Origin: Candidatus Bathyarchaeota archaeon
GTDB taxonomy: Archaea; Thermoproteota; Bathyarchaeia; 40CM-2-53-6; RBG-13-38-9
Reading direction: 5' to 3'
Length of the DNA stretch: 24,000 nt
Assembly: GCA_026394315.1 (NCBI GenBank)
Contig: JAPKYM010000212.1
Span: forward strand, 1 to 24,000
In this document: positions 1 to 7,891 of the stretch, piece after piece
Layout of the letters: each line of letters opens with the position of its first letter
How positions within the stretch are numbered: the first letter of the stretch is position 1
Translations under genes and position numbers: made by a program
The notes under the pieces: model-generated
What the model was told of the DNA's origin: nothing
What the model saw: only the letters and a program-made list of their open reading frames with translations
The model's database searches: none

Positions 1-1681
1 CATATCGACGAGTTATGCCAGCACGCCCTTTGGCTCGTATGATTTTGGCACCAGCGTGTAATCCGAGCATCTCTTGTTGCTTTGCCATCCACATTGCCAT
101 ACGTAAGAAGCCTTTCTTGGCTTCTCCGTAGTAGTCAGTGCCGAGAACATAGGTTACGCCGATCTCAGGAAATACAAGTATTTGACGATCTTTCTCTTGC
201 CATTCAGGCACGTATACCAGTTGTAGAGATGAATCACTAGATTTTGGCGGGAAGAGCGTCTGGCTTACCATGTATGCCAGACGAACCATCTCTTTACGCT
301 GAACAGAAACGTAGAGGGTGCAATGGGGAGTGAATATTGGATTATCACCCATCGTTCTTTCAACAGCTACTAGGGGTGCCCGTTCTAAGTACTTGTGTAG
401 CTCCGCAATTGTTTGAGGCAGATTTCTAAGTATCTCCCGTTGACGAGGGTTGAGGTTTTTCTGTTGAACTGCTGGGCTACCGACGTAGACTGTTAAGTTG
501 GCACTCCTGTTCTTCACAGTTGAGGTGAAGTTGTAGTTCCCAAAGTTTGTCTTGGTTCCGTGTTCTTCCGCCATGGATCTGACAAGTTTCTCATCGAGGA
601 ACGTGACATTCGAGCGTTTTCTTAAAGAGTTGACGGCCTTCTTTACTTCGTCGAGATCGACTCGTACTTCAGATACCTCAACCGGCTTCGGAATTAGAGG
701 CTCAAGATATTCTCGGAAGAGTATTATCTCATTTATCCTCTTTTGTACTTCAAAAATCGGTCTAGTCGTGTTTATACTATAACACGCAACAAACTGGAGT
801 ATCTCCTTGAAGAAGGAAGTCAGTTGTTCCCTCTCTTCCTCTCTTCGATCTTCTGAAACTTCGAGACCTGATGGCGATCCTATGAGAAGTGTCAAGGCTT
901 CTTGATTGCTCAGACGTCTGTCTACAGTCTGGCTGTTCTCGTCAGCCTGAAGAAAGAAGATAAGTTTTATTCTTGTTGTGCCAACGAATTTCTCATTTCC
1001 ACCGATCCACCAAGGATCTAGCATGAAGTGACCTTCTTCACGTTGACACTTGTGTAATAACTCTTGAAGACGAGGACTTATCTTTGAGAGTTCAGTCTTC
1101 AGATAGAATTTGCGTTCGCAAGCTTGAGTTGATAGTCGACCCTTTTCGCCACCCAACTGTTCTACAGCAAATAAGTCGTTTGAGTGTATTCTTGCTCTCT
1201 CCAGGTCCAAAAGAAGGAAGGCGTGAGTTGATTTTCCGCATCCACGACTGCCAGCCAGCATTATTCCCTCGCCATTTATGTCTACCAAAGCACCGCGCAA
1301 AAGGCTGACACGTTTCTGATCTAATGATACATCCATCACTATACGTAGCCCGAGATCTCGAATAGCCTCGTAACTTCGCGGATTAAACACTATACCTGTC
1401 TTAGTTTCTGGATGATAGTGGCTAGCAACCTCAACTTGCGGCGTCTGGGTGATTGCATAGATTATTCCATGTGGCCTTAGATTGTGATCGTAAGCAGCAG
1501 GATACCAGTTTTCTTTCCAGAAAGCATCTAGATTGCTATCGTTGGTTCGGAGTTGGACAATTATTCCATTAATGTTGACATTCCATATGTATAGTGAATC
1601 GTATCCTAGAAATCGTTCGGCTAGCTTAGTAAGCTCCTTGATTCTGTGCAGACCGATTATTTTGAAAGCAGTTTGTGACAA
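1..1681 (-). CDS. Partial ORF (3' end beyond window edge): N-terminal HprK-related P-loop kinase-like domain fused to an ATP-type PEP carboxykinase-like domain
   Basis: My manual minus-strand translation gives one uninterrupted frame from the TGA-TGA at 1708-1703 down to position 1. It is missing from the ORF track because its stop lies outside the window. The first candidate start is TTG at 1681. LLRGALVDINGEGIMLAGSRGCGKSTHAFLL (P-loop codons about 1226-1252) followed by IHSNDL (1172-1186) fits the HprK/PEPCK-type P-loop plus a downstream acidic motif. NFTSTVKNRSANLTVYV (about 503-529), LGTDYYGEAKKGFLRMAMW (about 110-142) and LHAGAK (44-58) parallel the PckA motifs FTGRSPKD, GTxYxGEMKKG and MHCSAN, with E. 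coli-like spacing of about 140 aa. Confidence 0.6.
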   Translation of the reverse strand, partial: MSQTAFKIIGLHRIKELTKLAERFLGYDSLYIWNVNINGIIVQLRTNDSNLDAFWKENWYPAAYDHNLRPHGIIYAITQTPQVEVASHYHPETKTGIVFNPRSYEAIRDLGLRIVMDVSLDQKRVSLLRGALVDINGEGIMLAGSRGCGKSTHAFLLLDLERARIHSNDLFAVEQLGGEKGRLSTQACERKFYLKTELSKISPRLQELLHKCQREEGHFMLDPWWIGGNEKFVGTTRIKLIFFLQADENSQTVDRRLSNQEALTLLIGSPSGLEVSEDRREEEREQLTSFFKEILQFVACYSINTTRPIFEVQKRINEIILFREYLEPLIPKPVEVSEVRVDLDEVKKAVNSLRKRSNVTFLDEKLVRSMAEEHGTKTNFGNYNFTSTVKNRSANLTVYVGSPAVQQKNLNPRQREILRNLPQTIAELHKYLERAPLVAVERTMGDNPIFTPHCTLYVSVQRKEMVRLAYMVSQTLFPPKSSDSSLQLVYVPEWQEKDRQILVFPEIGVTYVLGTDYYGEAKKGFLRMAMWMAKQQEMLGLHAGAKIIRAKGRAGITRRY

Positions 1682-1899
1682 TACTGTCTTTCCCCTTGAA
1701 GATCATCATATTCTTTGGTTTCTGTTTTCACTCTAGTTGGTCGGCATTTACCATTATAGGCTACTTGCGGCGTCCGAGCTATCCAAATGAACGAGCCAAA
1801 GAACACTCCATCAAATATGAAGATTTCCATACAGACCAGAGCGAGCCCACTGCTTTCGCTCCCTGCCCAACTTACCATTTTGCTGACGTGCGCAGACAC
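1657..1899 (-). CDS. Hypothetical 80-aa protein with one hydrophobic segment (LALVCMEIFIFDGVFFGSFIWIA). It could instead be a frameshifted N-terminal extension of the downstream kinase-like ORF, or spurious.
   Basis: ATG-initiated ORF 32 nt downstream of the nfo stop, overlapping the next ORF by 25 nt. No recognisable motifs. A competing antisense ORF of equal size exists (1675..1914 +). Confidence 0.2.
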   Translation of the reverse strand: MSAHVSKMVSWAGSESSGLALVCMEIFIFDGVFFGSFIWIARTPQVAYNGKCRPTRVKTETKEYDDLQGERQYCHKLLSK

Positions 1900-1931
1900 A
1901 AATGCTATGGTTAAGAGTCTGCTATTAATTG

Positions 1932-2849
1932 CTAGGCTGCAAGTCTACGGATTCTTTGGATATTAGTGATATCCGTTCCGCGTCGATCTATTGGTGTCTC
2001 CAATATCAAAGGCAGTTCTCTAATCGTCCGATCATGAAGAATTGCTCGGAATCCTTCATGACCTATGCAGCCTAAACCTATGTGCTCGTGCCTGTCGATC
2101 CGCGAAGCCAAATCACCTTTAGAGTCGTTAATGTGTACTACTTTGAGTAGAGCCAGATCCACTGTATCTCGAAGCATAGACATCGTTCCTTCTACGGAAT
2201 CTTTGTTTCTTAGATCATATCCAGCCGCAAAGGCATGGCACGTATCAAAGCAAATGCCAACATGAGACTTCACAACATTGTCAATTATTTCGCGAATGTC
2301 CTCAAATGACGACCCCATACTATTTTTCGTTCCTGCAGTATTCTCAATCAGTATTGTCGCCTTACTTTCGGATGATTCTATAGCCAAGTTTAGCGCATTG
2401 ATTAGCCTGTTGAGGCCCATCTCTCTCCCTATACCGAGGTGGCTACCTAGATGTGTTACAATGAACGGGATTCCCAACTTTCCACATCTATTCAGCTCCT
2501 CTAGAAGGGCTCCGATAGACTTCTTGTAGACTGTTTCTCTGGGAGAAGATAGATTCGCTAAGTAGGGCATATGAGCAACTACTGGAAAGATTCCAGATGT
2601 TGACACTTTTTCTTTGAATCGAATTATGTTTTTGGGCTCAAGCCGTTTGGTCTTCCAACTTCTAGGATTCCTCGTGAATATCTGAAAAGTGTTGCATGTC
2701 TTCTCCTGTGCTCTGTCAACAGCTTGATCAATTGTTCCCGTGATCGAGATGTGTACACCACATTTTATCGGACTGTCAGTCCAATTGCCAGGTGCATTGG
2801 GCTTAGATGATGTAACAGACACAGTGGAAGTCTCGGTAACGTCGCTCAT
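1932..2849 (-). CDS. nfo: Endonuclease IV (AP endonuclease family 2)
   Basis: 305-aa ORF with ATG start. Nfo-type motifs are present: HMPYLANLSS, VTHLGSH, ENTAG, CFDTCHAFAAGYD, HINDSKGDLASRIDRHEHIGLGCIG. It carries an S/T-rich N-terminal extension of about 28 aa. Confidence 0.93.
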   Translation of the reverse strand: MSDVTETSTVSVTSSKPNAPGNWTDSPIKCGVHISITGTIDQAVDRAQEKTCNTFQIFTRNPRSWKTKRLEPKNIIRFKEKVSTSGIFPVVAHMPYLANLSSPRETVYKKSIGALLEELNRCGKLGIPFIVTHLGSHLGIGREMGLNRLINALNLAIESSESKATILIENTAGTKNSMGSSFEDIREIIDNVVKSHVGICFDTCHAFAAGYDLRNKDSVEGTMSMLRDTVDLALLKVVHINDSKGDLASRIDRHEHIGLGCIGHEGFRAILHDRTIRELPLILETPIDRRGTDITNIQRIRRLAA

Positions 2850-3072
2850 TGTCGCTGTAACAACCTAGATGTTTACTAGTCAATCATTATTACTAGACAG
2901 ACTGGAAAAAGGAGTATGTGTCCTGTCAATCGCGCGCGCTTTCCCTACAATTCTGACGGAATGCCACTGTAGACTAGGAATCCTGCTACTCGGAATACAG
3001 AGGCAAGAAGAATAATGTGTTGTGGTGATTAGAGATAGTTACTGTCAAACATCAGGTACTGTATGTCCTGCT

Positions 3073-3459
3073 TCACTCAGATCCTATGCAGGCTATTGCG
3101 TCTATCTCTATGAGCAGTTCCTGTAGGGGGAGCTTTACTATTACTGTTACTCTACCGGGTGGATTTACTGGGAAGTAGGTTTTGAAGACTTCATTCATGC
3201 CCGAGAAGTCTTTTGTGTCAGTCAGATAGACTGTAGTTTTCACCACGTCCTTCATCGATGAGTCTGCCGCTTCCAGTACTGCCTTGATGTTCTCCATTAC
3301 TTGGGTTGTCTGCTCTTTGATTCCTCCTGGCACTAACTTTCCATTCTTGTCGAAAGCAACAAATCCTGCTACATAGACAGTGTTTCCCACTTTGACACCC
3401 TGCGAATATGGAGCTGCTGGAATGGGTGCCTTGTCCGTTTTGATAATGACCTTGTCCAT
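3073..3459 (-). CDS. ridA: RidA/YjgF/TdcF-family reactive-intermediate (enamine/imine) deaminase
   Basis: 128 aa from the ATG at 3459 (the track starts one codon earlier at a TTG). Typical family sequence: APYSQGVKVGNTVYVAG...KEQTTQVMENIKAVLEAA...VKTTVYL...F..MNEVF..YF...PGR. Confidence 0.9.
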   Translation of the reverse strand: MDKVIIKTDKAPIPAAPYSQGVKVGNTVYVAGFVAFDKNGKLVPGGIKEQTTQVMENIKAVLEAADSSMKDVVKTTVYLTDTKDFSGMNEVFKTYFPVNPPGRVTVIVKLPLQELLIEIDAIACIGSE

Positions 3460-3643
3460 CAAAACTCACCGAGGCTGATTTACAGAGCCAGACTATTTAT
3501 GCCTTGATGAAGCATTGAACTTTTGCCATTGTTCTTGCTATGATCTAGCCATCACAAGAAAATTGTAGGGGAAGCCAATGAGTCAAAATGGTTTTCCGCA
3601 GGGTGTGATTTGAATATTAGTTGAAAACGCGCGTCTGCCTACC

Positions 3644-3921
3644 TCATTCTAACCTCTTGATTATGTGATAACCAAATTGGGTTTTTACAGGTTCTTGGGT
3701 TGTCTGTCCCTTTTCTAAGGTAAACGCAACCTTTTCAAATTCCTTAACCATTTGACCTCGGTTAAACCATCCGAGATCACCCCCCGTTTCTTCGACGAAC
3801 ATATAGAGACTTCTTTCGCAACAGCGGAGAAGTTCTCACCCTTACCAAGCCTGTTTAGAACCTGCAGAGCCTCAGAATGCTTCTCAATTAGGATATGTGC
3901 ACAATGAACCTTGTTGCTCAT
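3644..3921 (-). pseudogene. Single-domain parvulin-type peptidyl-prolyl isomerase (PinA-like), interrupted by a 1-nt frameshift in a C6 (minus-strand G6) run
   Basis: The track ORF 3715..3921 reads [47 protein letters not shown] and then becomes nonsense. Shifting frame at the homopolymer 3780-3785 gives [45 protein letters not shown], with the stop at 3646-3644. Adding one G restores a 92-aa parvulin with the canonical C-terminal FGYHIIK. Confidence 0.85.
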
Positions 3922-3980
3922 TTCTGAGACTTCCTAACAGCGAATCATTGCTTTAATAGTGTATTCATCATGCGAGGGGG

Positions 3981-4157
3981 CTAGGTTCTTTTTGCTATTA
4001 TTATTGCTTCCTTCCAATTGTCGACTTCCCGTAGAGAATCAAGCATTCCAACAAGAATATTCCAGATTATCTTCTGGACGAATTTGTTCAATTTTATAGT
4101 TCTACCGTCAACCTTTATCTCCAGTTTAACAGCTTCAGTTCCCATTCTTTCCAACAT
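3981..4157 (-). CDS. Hypothetical small protein (58 aa), below the ORF-track size cutoff
   Basis: Manual translation: MLERMGTEAVKLEIKVDGRTIKLNKFVQKIIWNILVGMLDSLREVDNWKEAIIIAKRT. It has an ATG start with a TGA two codons upstream. Its composition is more protein-like than the overlapping + strand ORF 4018..4218. I recognised no family. Confidence 0.35.
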   Translation of the reverse strand: MLERMGTEAVKLEIKVDGRTIKLNKFVQKIIWNILVGMLDSLREVDNWKEAIIIAKRT

Positions 4158-4226
4158 CCTTCAGATACTACCCCTAAAGGTTAGATCTAACTTTAAGTTG
4201 TTCCTAGATACCGACTGAGGAGTGAC

Positions 4227-4517
4227 TTGGTGCAAGTCTTGAGACTTCGATCAAAGCTCAATATCAGGACGGCCTCTGCCGCGGTAGAACTCTATAACAA
4301 GTATAGGAGTCCAGAAGTGACAGCGAGACTGATTAGTATTGACGCCGCAGGGATAACATTGCAGTTCGAGGGTACCTTCTGTAATACTTGTGGGTTTATG
4401 GACTATTTTGAGGACTTCATCTTTGAGGTAAAGAGACTAGCTAGCATTAATATGAGGATCGACTATGTTGAGGAGAAAGCCTTTCAGACATTTGTAGTAA
4501 GGTACTTAGCTGAATAG
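4227..4517 (+). CDS. Hypothetical small protein (about 95 aa) directly upstream of deoxyhypusine synthase
   Basis: Start at TTG 4227 or GTG 4230, preceded by GGAGTGA. Balanced composition with a CNTCG motif. It ends 24 nt before the DHS start, so co-transcription is likely. Confidence 0.55.
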   Translation: MVQVLRLRSKLNIRTASAAVELYNKYRSPEVTARLISIDAAGITLQFEGTFCNTCGFMDYFEDFIFEVKRLASINMRIDYVEEKAFQTFVVRYLAE

Positions 4518-4541
4518 AAGCCGAAAGTGTAGGCGTCGCTC

Positions 4542-5621
4542 ATGGTGGAAAAGAGAATCATTCCCATCAATATTTTGCCGCATATGAAAGTGACTGAGCT
4601 AGTAAGCGCTTACGGAGAGTCCCACGCATACAATGCAGGCAGACTCTATGAAGCGTGTAAGCTCTATGAGAAGATGCTTGATGAAGATGCTACGATTGCA
4701 CTTACGTTGGCAGGCGCTATGACACCTGCTGGAATGGGTGGTCCAATAATTAACCTAATGAAGAACGGGTTCATCGACTTTCTAGTATCTACGGGCGCAA
4801 ATCTCTACCACGATCTACATTTCGCCTTAGACCTCCCTCTGTACCAAGGAGACTTTAGAGCTGATGATATTGAACTGCGGAAGAAAGGGATCGTCAGGAT
4901 ATACGACATATTCATACCAGATGAGACTTTACTAGGGACCGACCGGTTTCTCAAAGAAATCTTTCGTTCAGTCAAATTGAACAATCCAATCTCGACAGCA
5001 GAACTCCATCGTATGATCGGGGAAGTTGTATTGAATAGAGCCCAGCGGCCAGACCTGTCGATAGTTGCTCAAGCTGCAAAATACGACGTGCCTATTTACA
5101 CATCTTCTCCTGGAGACTCCTCAATAGGCATGAATCTTAGCGCAGCAAAAATGAGCGGTAGCACAATTACCGTTGATCCAGATCTTGACGTCATGGAAAC
5201 AACCGCTATAGTCTATGCAAGTAGTAAGAATGGAGCCATAGAAATTGGTGGCGGCTCACCTAAGAACTTCTACCTTCAAACACAACCTCAACTATCACAA
5301 ATACTAGGTATGGATGGTGGGGGACAAGACTTCTTGATCCAGATAACGACGTCCTCGCCCCAGTGGGGAGGGCTCTCAGGCGCAACATTCCAAGAAGCGA
5401 TCTCGTGGGGGAAAGTTAACCCACGTGAACCAAGAAATAATGTGGTCTTATACGCAGATGCAACGATCGCTGCGCCAATACTCTTTGCATATATTATGTC
5501 GACAAGAAAAGGAAAAGCCTTGAAGAGATTGTATGCACAAAGACCCAAGCTTGTTGAGGAACTTCAAAGGGACTACGACAAAAAAGATGAAACAAGGAAC
5601 GTCAAGATGCAGCTTCCCTAA
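4542..5621 (+). CDS. dys: Deoxyhypusine synthase (aIF5A hypusination)
   Basis: 359-aa ORF with ATG start. DHS-family sequence: LTLAGAMTPAGMGG, LVSTGANLYHD, IYTSSPGDSSIG, GGGSPKNF, and the C-terminal WGK region. Confidence 0.9.
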   Translation: MVEKRIIPINILPHMKVTELVSAYGESHAYNAGRLYEACKLYEKMLDEDATIALTLAGAMTPAGMGGPIINLMKNGFIDFLVSTGANLYHDLHFALDLPLYQGDFRADDIELRKKGIVRIYDIFIPDETLLGTDRFLKEIFRSVKLNNPISTAELHRMIGEVVLNRAQRPDLSIVAQAAKYDVPIYTSSPGDSSIGMNLSAAKMSGSTITVDPDLDVMETTAIVYASSKNGAIEIGGGSPKNFYLQTQPQLSQILGMDGGGQDFLIQITTSSPQWGGLSGATFQEAISWGKVNPREPRNNVVLYADATIAAPILFAYIMSTRKGKALKRLYAQRPKLVEELQRDYDKKDETRNVKMQLP

Positions 5622-5643
5622 GACCTTCAGACTCATTAAGAGG

Positions 5644-6330
5644 ATGAACCGACTTGTTGACCAAAAGTTAAAGACAGCGCTACAAGAAGCCGCTAAGAAC
5701 TCGACCGTTGACCCATTTAGAGTTTTAGTGACAACAATTCTATCGCAGAGAACAAGAGATGAGAATACACGTAAGGCTTCAGATCAGTTGTTCTTGTATT
5801 ATCCAGATGTGCGGAGTTTGGCCGGCGCAGACATCAAGCACGTCGAAGATTTGATTCGCCCGTCAGGGTTCTATCACGTAAAAGCCCGTTCAATAATTTC
5901 CGCATCGAAAGTATTGGTCGAGAACTACAATGGCAAAGTGCCAAGAAGCCTTGACAAATTGCTTGAACTCCCATCTGTAGGCCGCAAGACAGCCAATTGT
6001 GTTCTAGCCTATGGCTTCCAGATACCCGCAATTCCCGTGGACACTCACGTACATAGGATTTCGAATCGACTAGCTATAGTCAAGACGAGGACACCTGAGC
6101 AGACTGAACATCTCTTAAGTGTAAAAGTTCAAAGGCGCTATTGGCTTGATCTAAATGAAGAGTTTGTGAGATTCGGGCAAAGAATATGCAAACCCGTAGT
6201 CCCTGAATGTCCAGTGTGCATACTGAAACAATGCTGCTGTTGGTATCGAAGGCATCTAAGAGAGCGGATAACGCAGAAGGCTAGAGGGAAGGCTTCCAGA
6301 GTGAAATCTCACCCTAAAGGTAGTCGCTGA
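5644..6330 (+). CDS. nth: Endonuclease III (HhH-GPD DNA glycosylase with a 4Fe-4S loop)
   Basis: I start at ATG 5644 (MNRLVDQKL...) rather than the track start at 5533, which overlaps the DHS 3' end. Motifs: ILSQRTRDE, HhH LPSVGRKTANCVL, VDTHVHRISNRL, and a Cys cluster C-x6-C-x2-C-x5-C (CKPVVPECPVCILKQCC). The gene ends in a basic tail of about 28 aa. Confidence 0.9.
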   Translation: MNRLVDQKLKTALQEAAKNSTVDPFRVLVTTILSQRTRDENTRKASDQLFLYYPDVRSLAGADIKHVEDLIRPSGFYHVKARSIISASKVLVENYNGKVPRSLDKLLELPSVGRKTANCVLAYGFQIPAIPVDTHVHRISNRLAIVKTRTPEQTEHLLSVKVQRRYWLDLNEEFVRFGQRICKPVVPECPVCILKQCCCWYRRHLRERITQKARGKASRVKSHPKGSR

Positions 6331-7867
6331 TAAGTTTTCCATTTTCTTCTCTTAGCCCTTCGCCACTGATAACTTCAACAACAGTAAGACCTGTAGAAGA
6401 CATAATTACTTCTCCAGTGGACTTCGACTTCGGTTGTATCCCCACAACTCTGATCTTCGCCCCAGCCTTGAGACTTGCAGCCCTTTCCGCAAGATCTCTC
6501 CACAATGAGAGCCTAGCTCTACCGCTACCATCCGTCAGCACCAATGTTGCGACCTTTACATTTTCATTACTTCCGACTTGGACATTCCTTAACACTACAT
6601 CCCCTGAAACTACACCCTCAATAACCACGGGACGAGAGAGATTGCTGAGACTACCAAGCATAACTGGCTTGGGACAACTTGGCACCTTCATTCCGACTAC
6701 CTGTGGATTGCGCGTTAACTTACCAACCCCTCCAACACTCACAAAGAGTTCTCCACCTTTCTCCTTTGCAAGAGCATCACCTACAAGAATGATCTCGTCC
6801 ACATGCACTTCATATACAAACTCCGCCAGCTTGTCCCATAGAAAGAGCCTTACGAGGCCTGTTTCGTCTCCTACAAGTAGAGTTCCACAGCGTCTCGTCC
6901 CACCATCCATTCCCGAAAATTCTCTAATCCCACCCACTTCCACAACTCTGACAAGTAGTGATAGACTCTTTCCCTGTTGAAGATTCTCAATCTTACAGAA
7001 TTTGGGTAGTTTCATTTTTAGATACAGTGGCTTCTCTTTCAGTATTGATGTGATACTGTTATTCCCCAAATGCACTTCTGGTTTGCCTAACATGTCTGCC
7101 TTTACACGTCCACCTATCACCTGCAAAGTGTCGCCCCTTTTGAGATCAATCAGTCCTTGGGCCTTTTCGTTCCAAGCAACGATATTGATTGCTCCTGTCC
7201 CGTCTGTGATTGTTGTCTTAAGGAAACTTCCCTTTTGATCTTCTTTGCTGAAGGTCGAAAACTTAGGCGGTGACTCTACAACCCCTATGATACTTACATC
7301 GGCATCATTCAGTCTTAATTCTTGAAGTTCTGTGAAAAATTCGAAGATATCTGGATAGTCATTATTTCTGGAATCTAGGGGTAAGACCGTTATCTGGCAT
7401 CTGTCTCCTCCGTTGAACTCTGGGATCCCAGACATGCCTTCACGGGTGTATCCGTGTGCAAGCCGAATCAGCCTCCCTTGGAGTTCCCCTACTGCCGTTA
7501 CCTGCTCAGCTTTGCTGTTCCATAATACGCACTTCATCCTTCCAGTCCTATCACCCAAGACTAGCCTGACAAGTTTCCCTGGGGTCCCATCTTGCTTTCG
7601 AAATTCTTGGAGTGGCCACTGAGCGATGACCCTTCCTGTCAGTGTGACATCATTCAGGTTAGTGACTACATCAGCTATCTTGATCTCACTAAAGGTCTTT
7701 CCATCGACTCTTACAAGTAGATCTTGGGCTACGAGCCTCGCGGCTCCTTCATCAGAAAGTAAACCTTGTGCTTCCGCTTTTTTTTTCTCTAGAAGACCTA
7801 GTACCGATTCCCTTGACAGATCCGACCTTTGATCGAGGATCCTTTTTACTATGTGCTCAAGACTCAT
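6314..7867 (-). CDS. RPA-like single-stranded DNA-binding protein with several OB folds
   Basis: 517-aa ORF with ATG start. The N-terminal helical module ends ...LLSDEGAARLVAQDLLV and is followed by repeated units of about 100 aa with an OB-like pattern (V.L.G.V.......F....G......L.L.D.TG....LW). No zinc-ribbon Cys cluster is visible. The call rests on pattern recognition only. Confidence 0.65.
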   Translation of the reverse strand: MSLEHIVKRILDQRSDLSRESVLGLLEKKKAEAQGLLSDEGAARLVAQDLLVRVDGKTFSEIKIADVVTNLNDVTLTGRVIAQWPLQEFRKQDGTPGKLVRLVLGDRTGRMKCVLWNSKAEQVTAVGELQGRLIRLAHGYTREGMSGIPEFNGGDRCQITVLPLDSRNNDYPDIFEFFTELQELRLNDADVSIIGVVESPPKFSTFSKEDQKGSFLKTTITDGTGAINIVAWNEKAQGLIDLKRGDTLQVIGGRVKADMLGKPEVHLGNNSITSILKEKPLYLKMKLPKFCKIENLQQGKSLSLLVRVVEVGGIREFSGMDGGTRRCGTLLVGDETGLVRLFLWDKLAEFVYEVHVDEIILVGDALAKEKGGELFVSVGGVGKLTRNPQVVGMKVPSCPKPVMLGSLSNLSRPVVIEGVVSGDVVLRNVQVGSNENVKVATLVLTDGSGRARLSLWRDLAERAASLKAGAKIRVVGIQPKSKSTGEVIMSSTGLTVVEVISGEGLREENGKLISDYL

Positions 7868-7891
7868 GATGCTGGATCCTCGTCTGTATTC

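Noticed and set aside
2931-2939. Alternating CGCGCGCGC tract in the nfo/ridA intergenic region
   Set aside because: It is striking in a moderately AT-rich genome. It is only 9 nt long and isolated, has no partner repeat, and admits no testable functional inference.
3922-3975. Possible C/D-box sRNA on the minus strand (ATGATGA at 3965-3971), and a TGATGA in the + strand near 3507
   Set aside because: No proper D box (CUGA) or D'/C' pair lies at the required spacing. The first candidate sits exactly in the parvulin promoter/5' region.
4018-4218. 66-aa + strand ORF upstream of the DHS operon
   Set aside because: Its composition is odd (runs of I/F/L/S/T). The opposite-strand 58-aa ORF looks more protein-like. 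Neither is proven, so I list only the minus-strand one, at low confidence.
5533-5643. N-terminal extension of the nth ORF overlapping the DHS 3' end
   Set aside because: The extension (MHKDPSLLRNFKGTTTKKMKQGTSRC...) is just the alternative frame of the DHS C-terminus. The conserved Nth sequence begins after ATG 5644.
6417-6980. 187-aa + strand ORF antisense to the RPA-like gene
   Set aside because: It has S/T/P/L-rich low-complexity sequence typical of the mirror frame of a real gene. It carries no motifs and lies fully inside a well-supported CDS on the other strand.
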